A DNA stretch of 64,000 bases from Candidatus Culexmicrobium cathedralense (GCA_025061115.1 JANZKC010000002.1:32001-96000), one strand, 5' to 3'; positions 28,995-39,415 are shown, counted from the stretch's first letter. A program made the numbers and translations. The notes: a model not told the origin generated them from the letters alone.

Positions 28995-31972
28995 GGCTTT
29001 AAGCACAACTTGCAGCCCCTCTTAGTTCTAAATAGCCTTTTAACTGTTATTAAGCAGGATGAGCATACTTTCCTCCCGCAATTAGGGCATTCCACCACGT
29101 GATCAGGGCAAACCTTTCTTCCACATGCTGGGCAGGTAAAAGCATCATCATTACAAAGGGTTTTTCCGCAGATAGCGCAAGTATAGCTTTCCTCTTTAAC
29201 GCAATAAGTTTTACCGCATACATCGCATTTCCACGAGTGCTCTACACAGACATTTGAGCCGCACGCACTACATTTCGCAATACAATTTGGACAAAATAGC
29301 TTGCTGCACACATCGCATCTAATTAATGCTAAGCTACATACTTCTCTACCGCAGCGTTCGCATATTGCCAAGTGATTTTTATAGTGCTCTTCACAATAAG
29401 GCAGCCCACAATCCTCGCAGATTAAGATGTGGTTTTTACAGTAGGAAACATCTAACCCGCATTTAACGCAGTGCTCAATGCAGTCTTCACATAGGGGAAT
29501 GCCACAAACTTCGCAGTAACTTTTACTTTCATTTGTACATAAAACTGAATTACAGTACTCGCATTTCCACGAATGGTCAGGGCAAATCGTTAGATTACAC
29601 TTTTCGCAATGCAAAGCATGATTACTGCAAATTGGTTTTAAGCATAAAGCACAAAGCCAAGTTGAAGTTAGATTCGTAATCGCATCTCCACAATAACTAC
29701 AGTTTCCAAAGAAGCCCCTTCCATTTAATGCATTCCACTCAACTTCAATTTCATTTTCAGCATGCTGATTCGAAACAATCAATTTAGCACTGTAAATTGG
29801 AAGCCAAATTAATTGCATTTCCTGGACATGAACTTCGCTCCTTTTCGGCGTAATCATCAGCGACCTAACATTTTGTTCTTTAAGATCCAACAATTTTTTC
29901 TTAATACTATTTAACTTCCCTTTCAGCTCCTCCTTAAGCCTCTTTAAAAATTCACTTTCACCTTTAATTTTAACCGACAATTCACTTAATCGCCTATTCA
30001 GCCTTGCAAGCTTGAGCTCCCTACTTCTAATTTGACTTGCAACTCTAAGCGAAGATTTCTCCTCCTTAACAAGCTTAGAGAGCTTTTTCTTGAGCAGTTC
30101 AATTTCCTTAATCAAGTCCTTTGCAACTTGAGCAGTTATGGCAAGCTCATCCTTCAAAGCTTTAAGTTGAGCTTCATGGCGCTCAATTTCCAACCTATAA
30201 TTATTCCTTATCTGACTTGAAGCTTCATTTAGACGTTTATTAAACTCCTCATCAATTCTAAGTTTAAATTCTTCCAGCGACTCCTGAGGCTTTGAAGTTA
30301 ACTTGAAGCCTGGGTGGTATAGGATGTGAGTAGCTGAAGCTAGGGCTGAGTAGTCAATAAAACTATTTTTGAGCTCCTCAATACCACTTACACTTTTAAG
30401 TTCACTTATAACTTCCAAGTAAGTGGACTCTTCTTCAGCCTCGTCAAGTAAATCGCAACTTTCAATATCATTTAAGCTAGCCCAATAAGCTGACTTTGAA
30501 CTCCAATCAACTTTCTCCAAGCCTCCACCTACCGGAATGAAGCTAACCACTTCAGATTCATAAATCAAGTTTGGACGCCTTCTCTCAACTCGAATTATAG
30601 CTTTAAGCAGGAGTGCTGGAGCATACTTCAATTTAAGTGAAGTTAGCTTGAAGTCGTATGGCATTAACTCCCTTAGAGTATTTAGCAAAGCTTTATCATC
30701 AAAATTAACAGCAGCAAAATACTGCGGGATTGCCGTTGGAATTCTCGGCTTTCTAGCCTTTCTAACTCCACTAACCCCTTTAAATTTCTCCAAAGCTACT
30801 TTAACTTTCCATCTAGCCTTATCAAGCTCCTCTTTGGAAACGAAATCTAATGGATTAAATCCAGGAGCCCCATGCTTAGTCTCTCTACACCTAATTCTAA
30901 CGATTATTGGAACCCTTTCAACTGCCTCTCCAGTTATTATTGCTTCACCGGGCTCAAGCCAATTTATGTCCTTTTCCCAAGCTTTCGAAAGCCCTCCACT
31001 TTCGATAGCTATTTTAACATCATTAGGGTCTGTTAACCTGTGAATAATCCAAGTTCCACTCAAACTTCTAACAGTCATATCTAAAAGCTGTGGGCGCTGA
31101 GTAACAACAATCAAATTCGCGCCAAACTTTCTACCTTCCTGCGAAAACTTCCTCAAAACTAAAGCAGACTTAGATTTTTCTCTGCCAGCAAATCTATGCG
31201 CTTCATCTAGAATCAAGTAGAAGGGCTTAACCTCACCTTTAATGGCAGCTTCAAGCAGCTGTGAAGCAATATCAGCAACAATTGAAACCTGATCATCATG
31301 AGTTAAACCGCGCAAGTTAATTATAACACATTGCCCGGTCAAAACTAACTCTTGCGGAGAAATATCCTTTAAGTAGTAAATGTCTAGGTCGGCTCCAGGA
31401 TTAATATTGAGATCGGCGAACTCGAGAATTTTATCAGCATAACTGATTGGAGTAACATCAAATTCCGGACACGGCTCTTCACATGGAATTTTGAGGCTTG
31501 AGTATTCTCCATGAACATCAATTACTATAACGGGAACACCCTTCTTCAGGAACTCTTCAATTATAACTCCAACCGTATATGACTTTCCAGATCCAGGCTT
31601 ACCAACAATGAAAATTCTATTCAACTTCTTCACTGGAAGGTGAATTTTATATGGATAGCCCTTCAAAAGCCCCAGGTAAATGGACTTTTCGACATCAACT
31701 TTCAACCCTAACGCTCGCAGAATGCTCTCCTCACCTGCAGCGTAAACTGAAGCACCAATTTCGAAGGGAGTTTTAGGAAAACTACCTAAAACCTCGCACT
31801 CAGCATAAACATTAGTCCTACTCCGCCTAACGTTTTTAACTATAAGAACGTAGGTCTTGCCTTCATGATCAACTTCAACGAAATCATTCACACCAATTTT
31901 GCCAGTGACCTTTAATGTAAATCCAAATGCAGTTGGCTCTCCTTCAACCACGCCAACTACTTTTCTAGTCAA
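28991..31972 (-). CDS. HerA/FtsK-superfamily (DUF87-type) ATPase with coiled coil and C-terminal tandem Cys/His zinc-binding repeats
   Basis: HAS-barrel-like N-terminus, GKPGSGKS, IDVHGEY, LDEAHRF, EGRKFG, TQRP; heptad-rich middle; about 240-aa CxxC-x4-Cxx(H/C) array. Confidence 0.88.
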   Translation of the reverse strand: MTRKVVGVVEGEPTAFGFTLKVTGKIGVNDFVEVDHEGKTYVLIVKNVRRSRTNVYAECEVLGSFPKTPFEIGASVYAAGEESILRALGLKVDVEKSIYLGLLKGYPYKIHLPVKKLNRIFIVGKPGSGKSYTVGVIIEEFLKKGVPVIVIDVHGEYSSLKIPCEEPCPEFDVTPISYADKILEFADLNINPGADLDIYYLKDISPQELVLTGQCVIINLRGLTHDDQVSIVADIASQLLEAAIKGEVKPFYLILDEAHRFAGREKSKSALVLRKFSQEGRKFGANLIVVTQRPQLLDMTVRSLSGTWIIHRLTDPNDVKIAIESGGLSKAWEKDINWLEPGEAIITGEAVERVPIIVRIRCRETKHGAPGFNPLDFVSKEELDKARWKVKVALEKFKGVSGVRKARKPRIPTAIPQYFAAVNFDDKALLNTLRELMPYDFKLTSLKLKYAPALLLKAIIRVERRRPNLIYESEVVSFIPVGGGLEKVDWSSKSAYWASLNDIESCDLLDEAEEESTYLEVISELKSVSGIEELKNSFIDYSALASATHILYHPGFKLTSKPQESLEEFKLRIDEEFNKRLNEASSQIRNNYRLEIERHEAQLKALKDELAITAQVAKDLIKEIELLKKKLSKLVKEEKSSLRVASQIRSRELKLARLNRRLSELSVKIKGESEFLKRLKEELKGKLNSIKKKLLDLKEQNVRSLMITPKRSEVHVQEMQLIWLPIYSAKLIVSNQHAENEIEVEWNALNGRGFFGNCSYCGDAITNLTSTWLCALCLKPICSNHALHCEKCNLTICPDHSWKCEYCNSVLCTNESKSYCEVCGIPLCEDCIEHCVKCGLDVSYCKNHILICEDCGLPYCEEHYKNHLAICERCGREVCSLALIRCDVCSKLFCPNCIAKCSACGSNVCVEHSWKCDVCGKTYCVKEESYTCAICGKTLCNDDAFTCPACGRKVCPDHVVECPNCGRKVCSSCLITVKRLFRTKRGCKLCLKP

Positions 31973-32149
31973 TACTGGACACCGCCAATAGCTAAAGCAT
32001 TATAACTGATGACCATATAATTAATTAGCGCTTTTCATGTATAAGAATAAGGACTCCCCAAGCTCCAGTAAAATTTAAAGCTCAAAGCTCAAATCAAAAT
32101 GCCTGAATCAACTTCTAACCAACAAAGTAGCTAAAGCAGGTGGCGCTGC

Positions 32150-32788
32150 TTGGAAAGAAGAAAGCCAAAAGTAAGATACCTTGGACGCCACATGATGTTT
32201 AAGGGGAGATATGCAAAGCAAATACTTAGCGGAGAGAAAATAACAACCGTCAGACTTGGAATTGTTAAACCTAAATATGAAGATGTTATAATTCATGGCG
32301 GCGGAAGACCAATATGCAAAGCAAGAATAGAGAAAGTAGAGCACAAAATGGTCAAAGAACTATCGCATGTAGATGCGATCAGAGACGGATTTAAAGACCT
32401 CCTTCAACTACTAAAGGAGCTTGAAAAATTCTACGGAAAACTAAATCCCTACGACTGGGTTACCATAATAAAATTTAAAGTGCTAGAGAAACTCGACAAG
32501 CTAGAGCCAAAAGACCCATATCTAGGCCTAAAGCCAGTGGACATAGCAAGAATAGCGCTCAGATACCTAAACGACCTCACCGAAGAAGAAAAGAGCATTC
32601 TGCTAGAACTAACAAGATGCACAACTTTAAGAAGAACAGCCAAGAAGCTTTATGGAGACCCCCTAAAAAGGCATTATATTAGGAAGGTGGTTAAGAGAGC
32701 TTTGAGAAAACTACTTGAGAAGAAAATACTTAAAGTTGAAGAGGGAAAGTTCATCAGCTACAACAGGAGTAATGGAATTGGCAATTAG
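32150..32788 (+). CDS. ASCH (PUA-like) domain protein with C-terminal helical domain
   Basis: ILSGEKITTVRLG (GxKxxTxR) and DAIRDGF. Confidence 0.85.
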   Translation: MERRKPKVRYLGRHMMFKGRYAKQILSGEKITTVRLGIVKPKYEDVIIHGGGRPICKARIEKVEHKMVKELSHVDAIRDGFKDLLQLLKELEKFYGKLNPYDWVTIIKFKVLEKLDKLEPKDPYLGLKPVDIARIALRYLNDLTEEEKSILLELTRCTTLRRTAKKLYGDPLKRHYIRKVVKRALRKLLEKKILKVEEGKFISYNRSNGIGN

Positions 32789-33518
32789 AAGTAGAAGCAT
32801 CATCTACAGGCCATTCACCACAACTTACTTATTAGCTCTAATGATATTCACGCTTCTAATATTCCTATTAATGGCATATACGATACCGATTTTCGTTAGA
32901 GGCTTAAGAATCCCTCCTCCTGCAGCCATCATGCTATTCTACTTTGCACTAATTGGAAGCTACATAAACATTCCACTGACAAGCATAGAATCTATAGAGC
33001 CAAGCATCACCTTCAGACAAATAAGGTTTTTCGGAGTAACTTGGATACTGCCTGAACTCGAGTGGGGAATTAGAAAGACCATCATAGCAATAAACCTAGG
33101 CGGAGCAATCATACCAATAGCCCTATCCCTATACCTCCTCCTACACAGCATACCAAAATACGAAATGGACCCAACTTCAACATACATCAAAGTCGCATTA
33201 GCACTCATAATAATAACTTACTTCATGAAGAAAATTTCTAGAATAGTTCCAGGACTTGGAATCGCCGTCCCATCCATGCTTCCGCCACTCATAACTGCAA
33301 TTGTATCACTAATATTATATCAAATACCTCCAAGAAGCGACCCATCAATAATAGCATACGTATCTGGAACGCTGGGCACATTAATTGGAGCAGACCTGCT
33401 AAATCTCAAGCGCATATCAAAGGTAGGAGCTAGAATCGTCAGCATTGGCGGAGCCGGAACATTTGACGGAATCTACCTCACAGGGCTAATTGCAACAGCT
33501 CTAACTTTAATTGCATAA
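32772..33518 (+). CDS. DUF1614 membrane protein
   Basis: GSYINIP, AINLGGAIIP, GTLIGADLLNL, SIGGAGTFDGI. Confidence 0.9.
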   Translation: MELAIRSRSIIYRPFTTTYLLALMIFTLLIFLLMAYTIPIFVRGLRIPPPAAIMLFYFALIGSYINIPLTSIESIEPSITFRQIRFFGVTWILPELEWGIRKTIIAINLGGAIIPIALSLYLLLHSIPKYEMDPTSTYIKVALALIIITYFMKKISRIVPGLGIAVPSMLPPLITAIVSLILYQIPPRSDPSIIAYVSGTLGTLIGADLLNLKRISKVGARIVSIGGAGTFDGIYLTGLIATALTLIA

Positions 33519-33581
33519 GCTTCTGGAAACTACTCCAAAAATATTTTACCTTGAGACAGAGGTAGTTAAATGGGATCATAA

Positions 33582-34580
33582 ATGCCGACTTTACTAGACC
33601 CCCTTAAAGTTAAAGGATTAATCCTCCAAAACAGAATAGTCATGCCTCCAATGGCTACTGAATTAGCTACCGAAAATGGCGAAGTAACTGATCAGCTAGT
33701 AAAGCACTATGTTGATAGATGCGAAAAAGTAGGATTAATAATTGTTGAGCACTCCTACGTATCCAAGGAAGGCAAGCTATCTCCGAGGCAGCTGGGAATA
33801 TATGATGACAAACTCATTGAAGGGCTAGCTAGACTCGCAAGAGAAATTAAAAAGCATGGAGCCATAGCAGCTATTCAAATAAATCACGCAGGAGGAAAGG
33901 CATCAAGCAAGATCACGGGATTAAAGCCAATAGCTCCATCAAGCATAATTGTTCCAGGAGGAGCTGAGGAGCCATCAGAAATGACTTTAGCCGACATTGA
34001 GCGCGTACAAGAGGCATTTGAAAAAGCAGCCATTAGAGCTATTAAAGCAGGGTTCGACGCCGTTGAAATCCATGGCGCACATGGCTTTCTATTAAACCAA
34101 TTCTTATCGCCAATAACCAATAAGAGGCTAGATGCATATGGCGGCACACTGGAGAAAAGAATGAGATTCCCACTTGAAATCGTCGAAAGAATTAAAGAAG
34201 CCATAGGAGAACACCTACTCCTATATAGACTTGGAGCAGATGACATGATGCCAGGAGGACTAACAATTGAAGAGAGCAAGAGATTTGCAGTTAAACTTGA
34301 AAAAATGGGAGTAGACATAATTGACGTCTCCGGAGGTCTGTGTGGCTCAAGGCCTGAAAAACTAACCACGCAGGGATACTTCGTTCCACTAGCTGAAAAA
34401 ATAAAGTCTGTAGTTGACGTTCCAGTAATTGGAGTTGGAGGAATAAAAGACCCCCAATTTGCAGACAAAGTAGTCAGAGAAGGAAAAGTAGACCTCGTTG
34501 CAATTGGCAGAGCAATGCTTGCAGACCCGAAATGGGCTTTAAAAGCAGTAAAGAAGCTACGTAAAATCGAAAAACACTAA
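33582..34580 (+). CDS. NADH:flavin oxidoreductase (Old Yellow Enzyme family)
   Basis: NRIVMPPM, QINHAG, EIHGAHGFLL.QFLSP..N.R.D.YGG, GRAMLADP. Confidence 0.93.
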   Translation: MPTLLDPLKVKGLILQNRIVMPPMATELATENGEVTDQLVKHYVDRCEKVGLIIVEHSYVSKEGKLSPRQLGIYDDKLIEGLARLAREIKKHGAIAAIQINHAGGKASSKITGLKPIAPSSIIVPGGAEEPSEMTLADIERVQEAFEKAAIRAIKAGFDAVEIHGAHGFLLNQFLSPITNKRLDAYGGTLEKRMRFPLEIVERIKEAIGEHLLLYRLGADDMMPGGLTIEESKRFAVKLEKMGVDIIDVSGGLCGSRPEKLTTQGYFVPLAEKIKSVVDVPVIGVGGIKDPQFADKVVREGKVDLVAIGRAMLADPKWALKAVKKLRKIEKH

Positions 34581-34605
34581 AAGCCAAAGGCAGAGGAGAA
34601 ACACA

Positions 34606-35871
34606 TTGAAAATAAAGCTGCCATACGGCAGAATCCACATCACACTTGAACTGGAAAAGCTGAACATCAAAATAATAACTTCCAAAAAAGTTGATGCAAT
34701 CGAAAACCTAAGGGCGGCACTAATAAACAAACTTCAAAACCCAGCTGAAAGTCCACCCTTAAAGAAATTAGCTGGAAAGGCAGGTGAAATATTAGTAGTA
34801 ATTCCGGATAAAACTAGAGCATTCCCATCCAAATTAATTCTCCCAGAAGTCCTTCAAACAATTAAAGAAGCTAATCCAAATGCCAAGATAAAAATCCTAA
34901 TAGCAACTGGACTTCACAAGCCGCACACCCATAAAGAAATTTTTGAAATCGTAGGAAAAGAAATATTTAGAAACTATGAAGTCTCAAGCCACAATGCCGA
35001 AGACCCATCAACAACAGTAAACTTGAACAGAAAAACAAGCTATGGCACACCAGTAATAGTAAATGGCGAGGTCATGAAAAGCGACCTAGTTATAGGGCTC
35101 GGCCTAATTGAACCACACTTTTTTGCAGGATATTCTGGAGGCAGAAAAACAATCTTGCCAGGAGTAGCTGGAAAAGAAGCCATCTACATGAATCACAGCT
35201 ACAGAATGATAACCCATCCAAATGCTAGATATGGATTTTTAAGCGGAAATCCAGTTCACGAAGACATGGTCGAGTTCATGAAAATGACTAAGCTAGACTT
35301 CATAGTCAACGTCACAATAAATGGAGAAAAGAAAGTAACTGGAATTTTCTGCGGAGACCCAATCAAAGCCCACATCCAAGGAGCCAAGTTCCTAAACAGC
35401 TATGCGAAAGTCCAAGTAATGGAAAAGGCTGACATAGCAATTGTAACCAATGGAGGATATCCATTAGACAGAAACCTATACCAAGCAGTTAAAGGAATGG
35501 CGACAGGAGAACAAGTAGTCAAAAAAGGAGGAGTAATAGTGATCGTGGCGGAGTGCAAAGAGGGATTAGGAGGACATGAAGAATTCCACGACATCTTCCT
35601 AAAAGCCAAAAACCCGGATGATGTTGATAGGATAATAAGGAAAATGGAGCCAATTAAAGATCAGTGGGAAGCCCAAATCCTAGCAAGAATTCTCAAAAAG
35701 GCAACGGTAATCGCCGTTACAGACATGAATCAAAGCACACTTGAAGACATGCTCATCAAACCTGCAAGCAACATTGAAGAAGCACTGCAGGAAGCAAGAA
35801 GAATAGTTGGAAAGAATAGCCCAAACATAGTTGTAGTGCCGGAGGGCCCTTACATAATACCTGAAAGTTAA
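34606..35871 (+). CDS. larA: Nickel-pincer lactate racemase family protein
   Basis: PDKTR, ATGLH, EPHFFAGYSGGRK, GGYPLD.NLYQ.VK, DQW.AQ. Exact substrate not determinable. Confidence 0.9.
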   Translation: MKIKLPYGRIHITLELEKLNIKIITSKKVDAIENLRAALINKLQNPAESPPLKKLAGKAGEILVVIPDKTRAFPSKLILPEVLQTIKEANPNAKIKILIATGLHKPHTHKEIFEIVGKEIFRNYEVSSHNAEDPSTTVNLNRKTSYGTPVIVNGEVMKSDLVIGLGLIEPHFFAGYSGGRKTILPGVAGKEAIYMNHSYRMITHPNARYGFLSGNPVHEDMVEFMKMTKLDFIVNVTINGEKKVTGIFCGDPIKAHIQGAKFLNSYAKVQVMEKADIAIVTNGGYPLDRNLYQAVKGMATGEQVVKKGGVIVIVAECKEGLGGHEEFHDIFLKAKNPDDVDRIIRKMEPIKDQWEAQILARILKKATVIAVTDMNQSTLEDMLIKPASNIEEALQEARRIVGKNSPNIVVVPEGPYIIPES

Positions 35872-35884
35872 TGAAAGATGAAAA

Positions 35885-36382
35885 TCAAGAAGACCTCTTC
35901 ATTCTCTTAGAAAGCATTTCCACCAACTTCTCCTCTTCCAATGCATGCCTTTCCTCGCTAGTTAACTCGTCAGGCAGCCAATCAGGCTTCCGCTTACCCT
36001 TAAAGTACTCCCTAATAGCTCTTCTCAAAGCACCTACAGCAAGAACGCCGCAATGATACTTTATTGCAGGCAAACCGCCAAGCGCCTCCGAAAGCTGCAT
36101 CCAAGAAACGTTCCATGCCTCCTTCAAAGTCTTACCCTTAATCATTTCAGTCATAATGCTTGCCACAGCAATATTTGCCGCGCAGCCGTAACTTTCAAAC
36201 GTCGCCTTCTCGATCACCTGAGTTTCCTCGTCAATTTTCAAGTAGATTGCAATCATGTCCCCGCAAGCTAAACTACCAGCAACTGCAACCGCATTAGCAT
36301 CATCAAGCCTACCCAAATTTTTAGGATTCCTAAATAGCTCCAAAACCTTAGGTCCATAAGGCAGCGGGATCCTAGAAGACAT
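35885..36382 (-). CDS. iscU: IscU/NifU-N Fe-S scaffold
   Basis: NPKN.G, ACGD, GCAA, KYHC: all three Cys present. Confidence 0.9.
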   Translation of the reverse strand: MSSRIPLPYGPKVLELFRNPKNLGRLDDANAVAVAGSLACGDMIAIYLKIDEETQVIEKATFESYGCAANIAVASIMTEMIKGKTLKEAWNVSWMQLSEALGGLPAIKYHCGVLAVGALRRAIREYFKGKRKPDWLPDELTSEERHALEEEKLVEMLSKRMKRSS

Positions 36383-36385
36383 ATT

Positions 36386-37615
36386 TTACACCCCACGCTT
36401 TATTGGACTAATCGACCTAATTCTACTTATAGCTTCTCTCAATTGAACCAGCGCATATTCAATGTCATCAGCATTATGCATTGGAGTAACCTTCATCAAA
36501 ATGCTGCCATGAGCCTCCTCATACTTCCGCCCAATCGCTAAAAGCACGTGGCTTGGCTCCAAAATTCTACTTGTGCAAGCACTACCACTTGAAACATAAA
36601 TCCCCCTAGTGCTGAGCTCGACGGTTATAGCCTCCCCCTCACAGTAAAGAAAACTTACATTAACATTATCCGGAGCCCTCCTATCACCTCTAGGCCCATT
36701 CAAAATGACATCATCAATGCTCTCGAGAATTCCATCAATAAGCTTGTCCCGCAAAAACCTCATTTTACTAGTGTACTCATCAAAGTTATTTCGCATAACC
36801 TCAAGAGCCTTAGCAAACCCTGCTATAGCTGGCACATTCTCGATTCCAGGCCATAAACGCTGAGTGCTAAGCTGACCAAAAATAATTGGCTCAACCTTCA
36901 CGCCCTCCCTTATGTAAAGCGCTCCAGCCCCCTTAGGCCCATAAACCTTATGACTACTAAACGTCGCCAAGTCAACTCCTAACTTGCCTACATCAAATTC
37001 CACCTTACCAAGCGCATCAGCAGCATCAGTGTGAAATATAACCTCCGAACTCTTATCCTTCACAACCTCAACTAACCCCTTAATATCCTGAACAGTTCCA
37101 ATCTCATGATTCACAGCTGCGATACTAACCAGAAGCGTGTCATCATCAATTACATCGGATAGAACATCAACATCAACAAAACCTTCACTATCAACAGGAA
37201 CCTTAACCAAAGAATACCCATGCTTTTGAAGCTCCTCAGCCGGAAAAATTACACTTAAATGCTCAATACTAGATACGACGATCTTCTTCCTGCCATTCCT
37301 ATTGGCTTTAGCAACACCTAAGATCGCCACATTATTTGCCTCAGTCCCACTATGAAAGTGAGCTATTTCATCAATAGACGCACCAATAAAGTCTGCAATT
37401 ATCTTCGTTGAAACATGAAGTTTCTCATAAGACTCCCACCCCACTTTATGAGTAATTGAAGGATGACCAAAACCAACAGCTTCATAGCAATTAATCATCT
37501 CCTTCAAAGCCTCTGGAAGAATCAAGCCCGAATTCTCCGAATCCAAGTAAACCTCTCTCACAGGCTTACCATGCATTTTAATTAAATCCTTAACACCCCT
37601 CACAATATCCGACAC
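36386..37615 (-). CDS. iscS: IscS/NifS-like (group I) cysteine desulfurase homologue with divergent active site
   Basis: EH, SSHKVYGPKG (PLP lysine) and SSGSACTS (catalytic Cys); lies between tusA and iscU. Confidence 0.85.
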   Translation of the reverse strand: MSDIVRGVKDLIKMHGKPVREVYLDSENSGLILPEALKEMINCYEAVGFGHPSITHKVGWESYEKLHVSTKIIADFIGASIDEIAHFHSGTEANNVAILGVAKANRNGRKKIVVSSIEHLSVIFPAEELQKHGYSLVKVPVDSEGFVDVDVLSDVIDDDTLLVSIAAVNHEIGTVQDIKGLVEVVKDKSSEVIFHTDAADALGKVEFDVGKLGVDLATFSSHKVYGPKGAGALYIREGVKVEPIIFGQLSTQRLWPGIENVPAIAGFAKALEVMRNNFDEYTSKMRFLRDKLIDGILESIDDVILNGPRGDRRAPDNVNVSFLYCEGEAITVELSTRGIYVSSGSACTSRILEPSHVLLAIGRKYEEAHGSILMKVTPMHNADDIEYALVQLREAISRIRSISPIKRGV

Positions 37616-37639
37616 AGCAAATCAAACCTCCTACTACCA

Positions 37640-37867
37640 TCACCTAACTTTAACGCAAATCTCATACACATCACTTTCAACATCCATCCTTAAAAACTCA
37701 TGTCCAACAGCTTCAGCCCACTCCTTAGCATCAGGAACAGCATTCGGGTCAGTTGCAAGCAATTTAATAACAGCTCCAGCTTTAGCACACTTAACAGCCT
37801 CAAAAAGCATTATCAAAGGACCAGGACAGGACTTATATCTAGCATCAACAATGACATCTACCTTCAA
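37640..37867 (-). CDS. tusA: TusA/SirA sulfur-carrier protein
   Basis: DAR...CPGP, ATDP, W....GH. Confidence 0.88.
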   Translation of the reverse strand: MKVDVIVDARYKSCPGPLIMLFEAVKCAKAGAVIKLLATDPNAVPDAKEWAEAVGHEFLRMDVESDVYEICVKVR

Positions 37868-37923
37868 TGTAAATACCCCCACCTAATAAACAAACAGACG
37901 TAAAAAAGGCTCTCTCGAAAACG

Positions 37924-37940
37924 TTCGATGAAAAATCGAA
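37924..37940. promoter_or_regulatory. Palindrome TTCGAT-N5-ATCGAA in the tusA/sufS divergent promoter region
   Basis: Perfect 6-bp inverted repeat about 11 nt downstream of a minus-strand TTTTATAG box. Confidence 0.4.
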
Positions 37941-38167
37941 TTGCACCTGCACTATAAAACCCTTTAGAATTATAACTATGTTATATTTAAGGCTTTTCTC
38001 CTCTCATACTTATAAAGTACTGAAAAGCGCAAGGGCAGGAATATTAATAAAATATCACACCGTTATATTTAAATGATCCACAATCATTCGCCAAATCAAG
38101 CAGCATGCAAAACTGAGATGCAAATCAAAAATAGTGGAAGAAGCTTAAACTTCCACGTAGATATGAG

Positions 38168-39415
38168 GTGTTAAATATGTTAAATGTGAATGAAATTAGG
38201 AAGGACTTCCCAATACTTAACATCAAGATAAACGGGCATAAGCTCATTTACTTTGACAATGCAGCTTCAAGTCAAAAGCCATTACAAGTAATTGAGGCAA
38301 TAAAGAGATTTTACCTAGAGAGTTACGCTAATGTTCATAGAGGAGTGCACGCACTAAGCCAAAAAGCTTCCGAATTATATGAAGAAGCCAGAGAAGCTGC
38401 AAGTAAATTCATCGGAGCAGAAATGAATGAAGTGGTTTTTGTCAAAAATACCAGTGAAGCAATAAACTTGATAGCATACACTTGGGGTCTGCAGAACTTA
38501 AATGAAGAAGATGAAGTTCTAGTCACCTTAATGGAGCACCACAGCAACTTAACTCCATGGATTACCCTTTCAAAATTTAAGAAGTTTAAAGTAAAATACG
38601 CGGAAATAAATCCCGATGGAACTCTAAATTACGAAGACTTAGAAGAAAAAGTTAACAATAAAACTAAAATCATAGCCATAACACACATGTCAAACGTAAC
38701 TGGAGCCATAAATGACGTAAAGAGAATAATTAAGCTAGCTCACGATTATGGAGCGCTAGTTCTAATTGATGGAGCGCAATCAGTGCCCCACATGCCAGTA
38801 AACGTGAAAGACCTCCAATGCGACTTTCTTGCATTCAGCGGACACAAAATGCTGGGTCCAACGGGAATTGGAGTATTATACATCAGGGAAGACGTGATCA
38901 ACAAAATGGAGCCCACCATCAGTGGAGGAGGAACCATAAAAAAAGTTAGATGGAGCGCAGAGAAAGCCGCATGCACCATTGACTGGGCAACCACGCCTGA
39001 AAAGCTAGAAGCTGGAACGCCTAACATTGCAGGGGCAATTGGACTTGCAGAAGCCATCAAATATCTAGAGAAAATAGGGATGAAGCAAGTTAGAAAGCAC
39101 GAAGAAGAGCTAGTTAAATACACGCTTAAGAGATTTGAGGAGCTCAGTAAGGTAAAAATCTACGGCCCCCAAAAACCCGAAAATAGAGGCGGAATAATAA
39201 CATTCAACATTGGACAGTTAAATCCACATCAAGTAGCACTAATCCTCGATCAGTATGGAATCGCTGTTAGAAGCGGATTTCACTGCGCCGAACCTCTTCA
39301 CCACCTGCTGGGCGCAAATAGTGGAACTGTAAGAGCAAGCTACTACATATATAATACAAGTGAAGAAGTAGACAAGATGATTGAAATTATCAAGAAAATT
39401 GAGGAGATAGCATGA
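38168..39415 (+). CDS. sufS: SufS-type (group II) cysteine desulfurase
   Basis: YFDNAASSQKP, ANVHRG, EHHSN, DGAQ, SGHKMLGPTG, RSGFHCA, VRAS. Confidence 0.93.
   Translation: MLNMLNVNEIRKDFPILNIKINGHKLIYFDNAASSQKPLQVIEAIKRFYLESYANVHRGVHALSQKASELYEEAREAASKFIGAEMNEVVFVKNTSEAINLIAYTWGLQNLNEEDEVLVTLMEHHSNLTPWITLSKFKKFKVKYAEINPDGTLNYEDLEEKVNNKTKIIAITHMSNVTGAINDVKRIIKLAHDYGALVLIDGAQSVPHMPVNVKDLQCDFLAFSGHKMLGPTGIGVLYIREDVINKMEPTISGGGTIKKVRWSAEKAACTIDWATTPEKLEAGTPNIAGAIGLAEAIKYLEKIGMKQVRKHEEELVKYTLKRFEELSKVKIYGPQKPENRGGIITFNIGQLNPHQVALILDQYGIAVRSGFHCAEPLHHLLGANSGTVRASYYIYNTSEEVDKMIEIIKKIEEIA

Noticed and set aside
38945-38985. Short GC-rich extra segment in sufS as an in-frame intron
   Set aside because: Does not fold into a 4-bp helix with two 3-nt bulges; more likely a variable loop.
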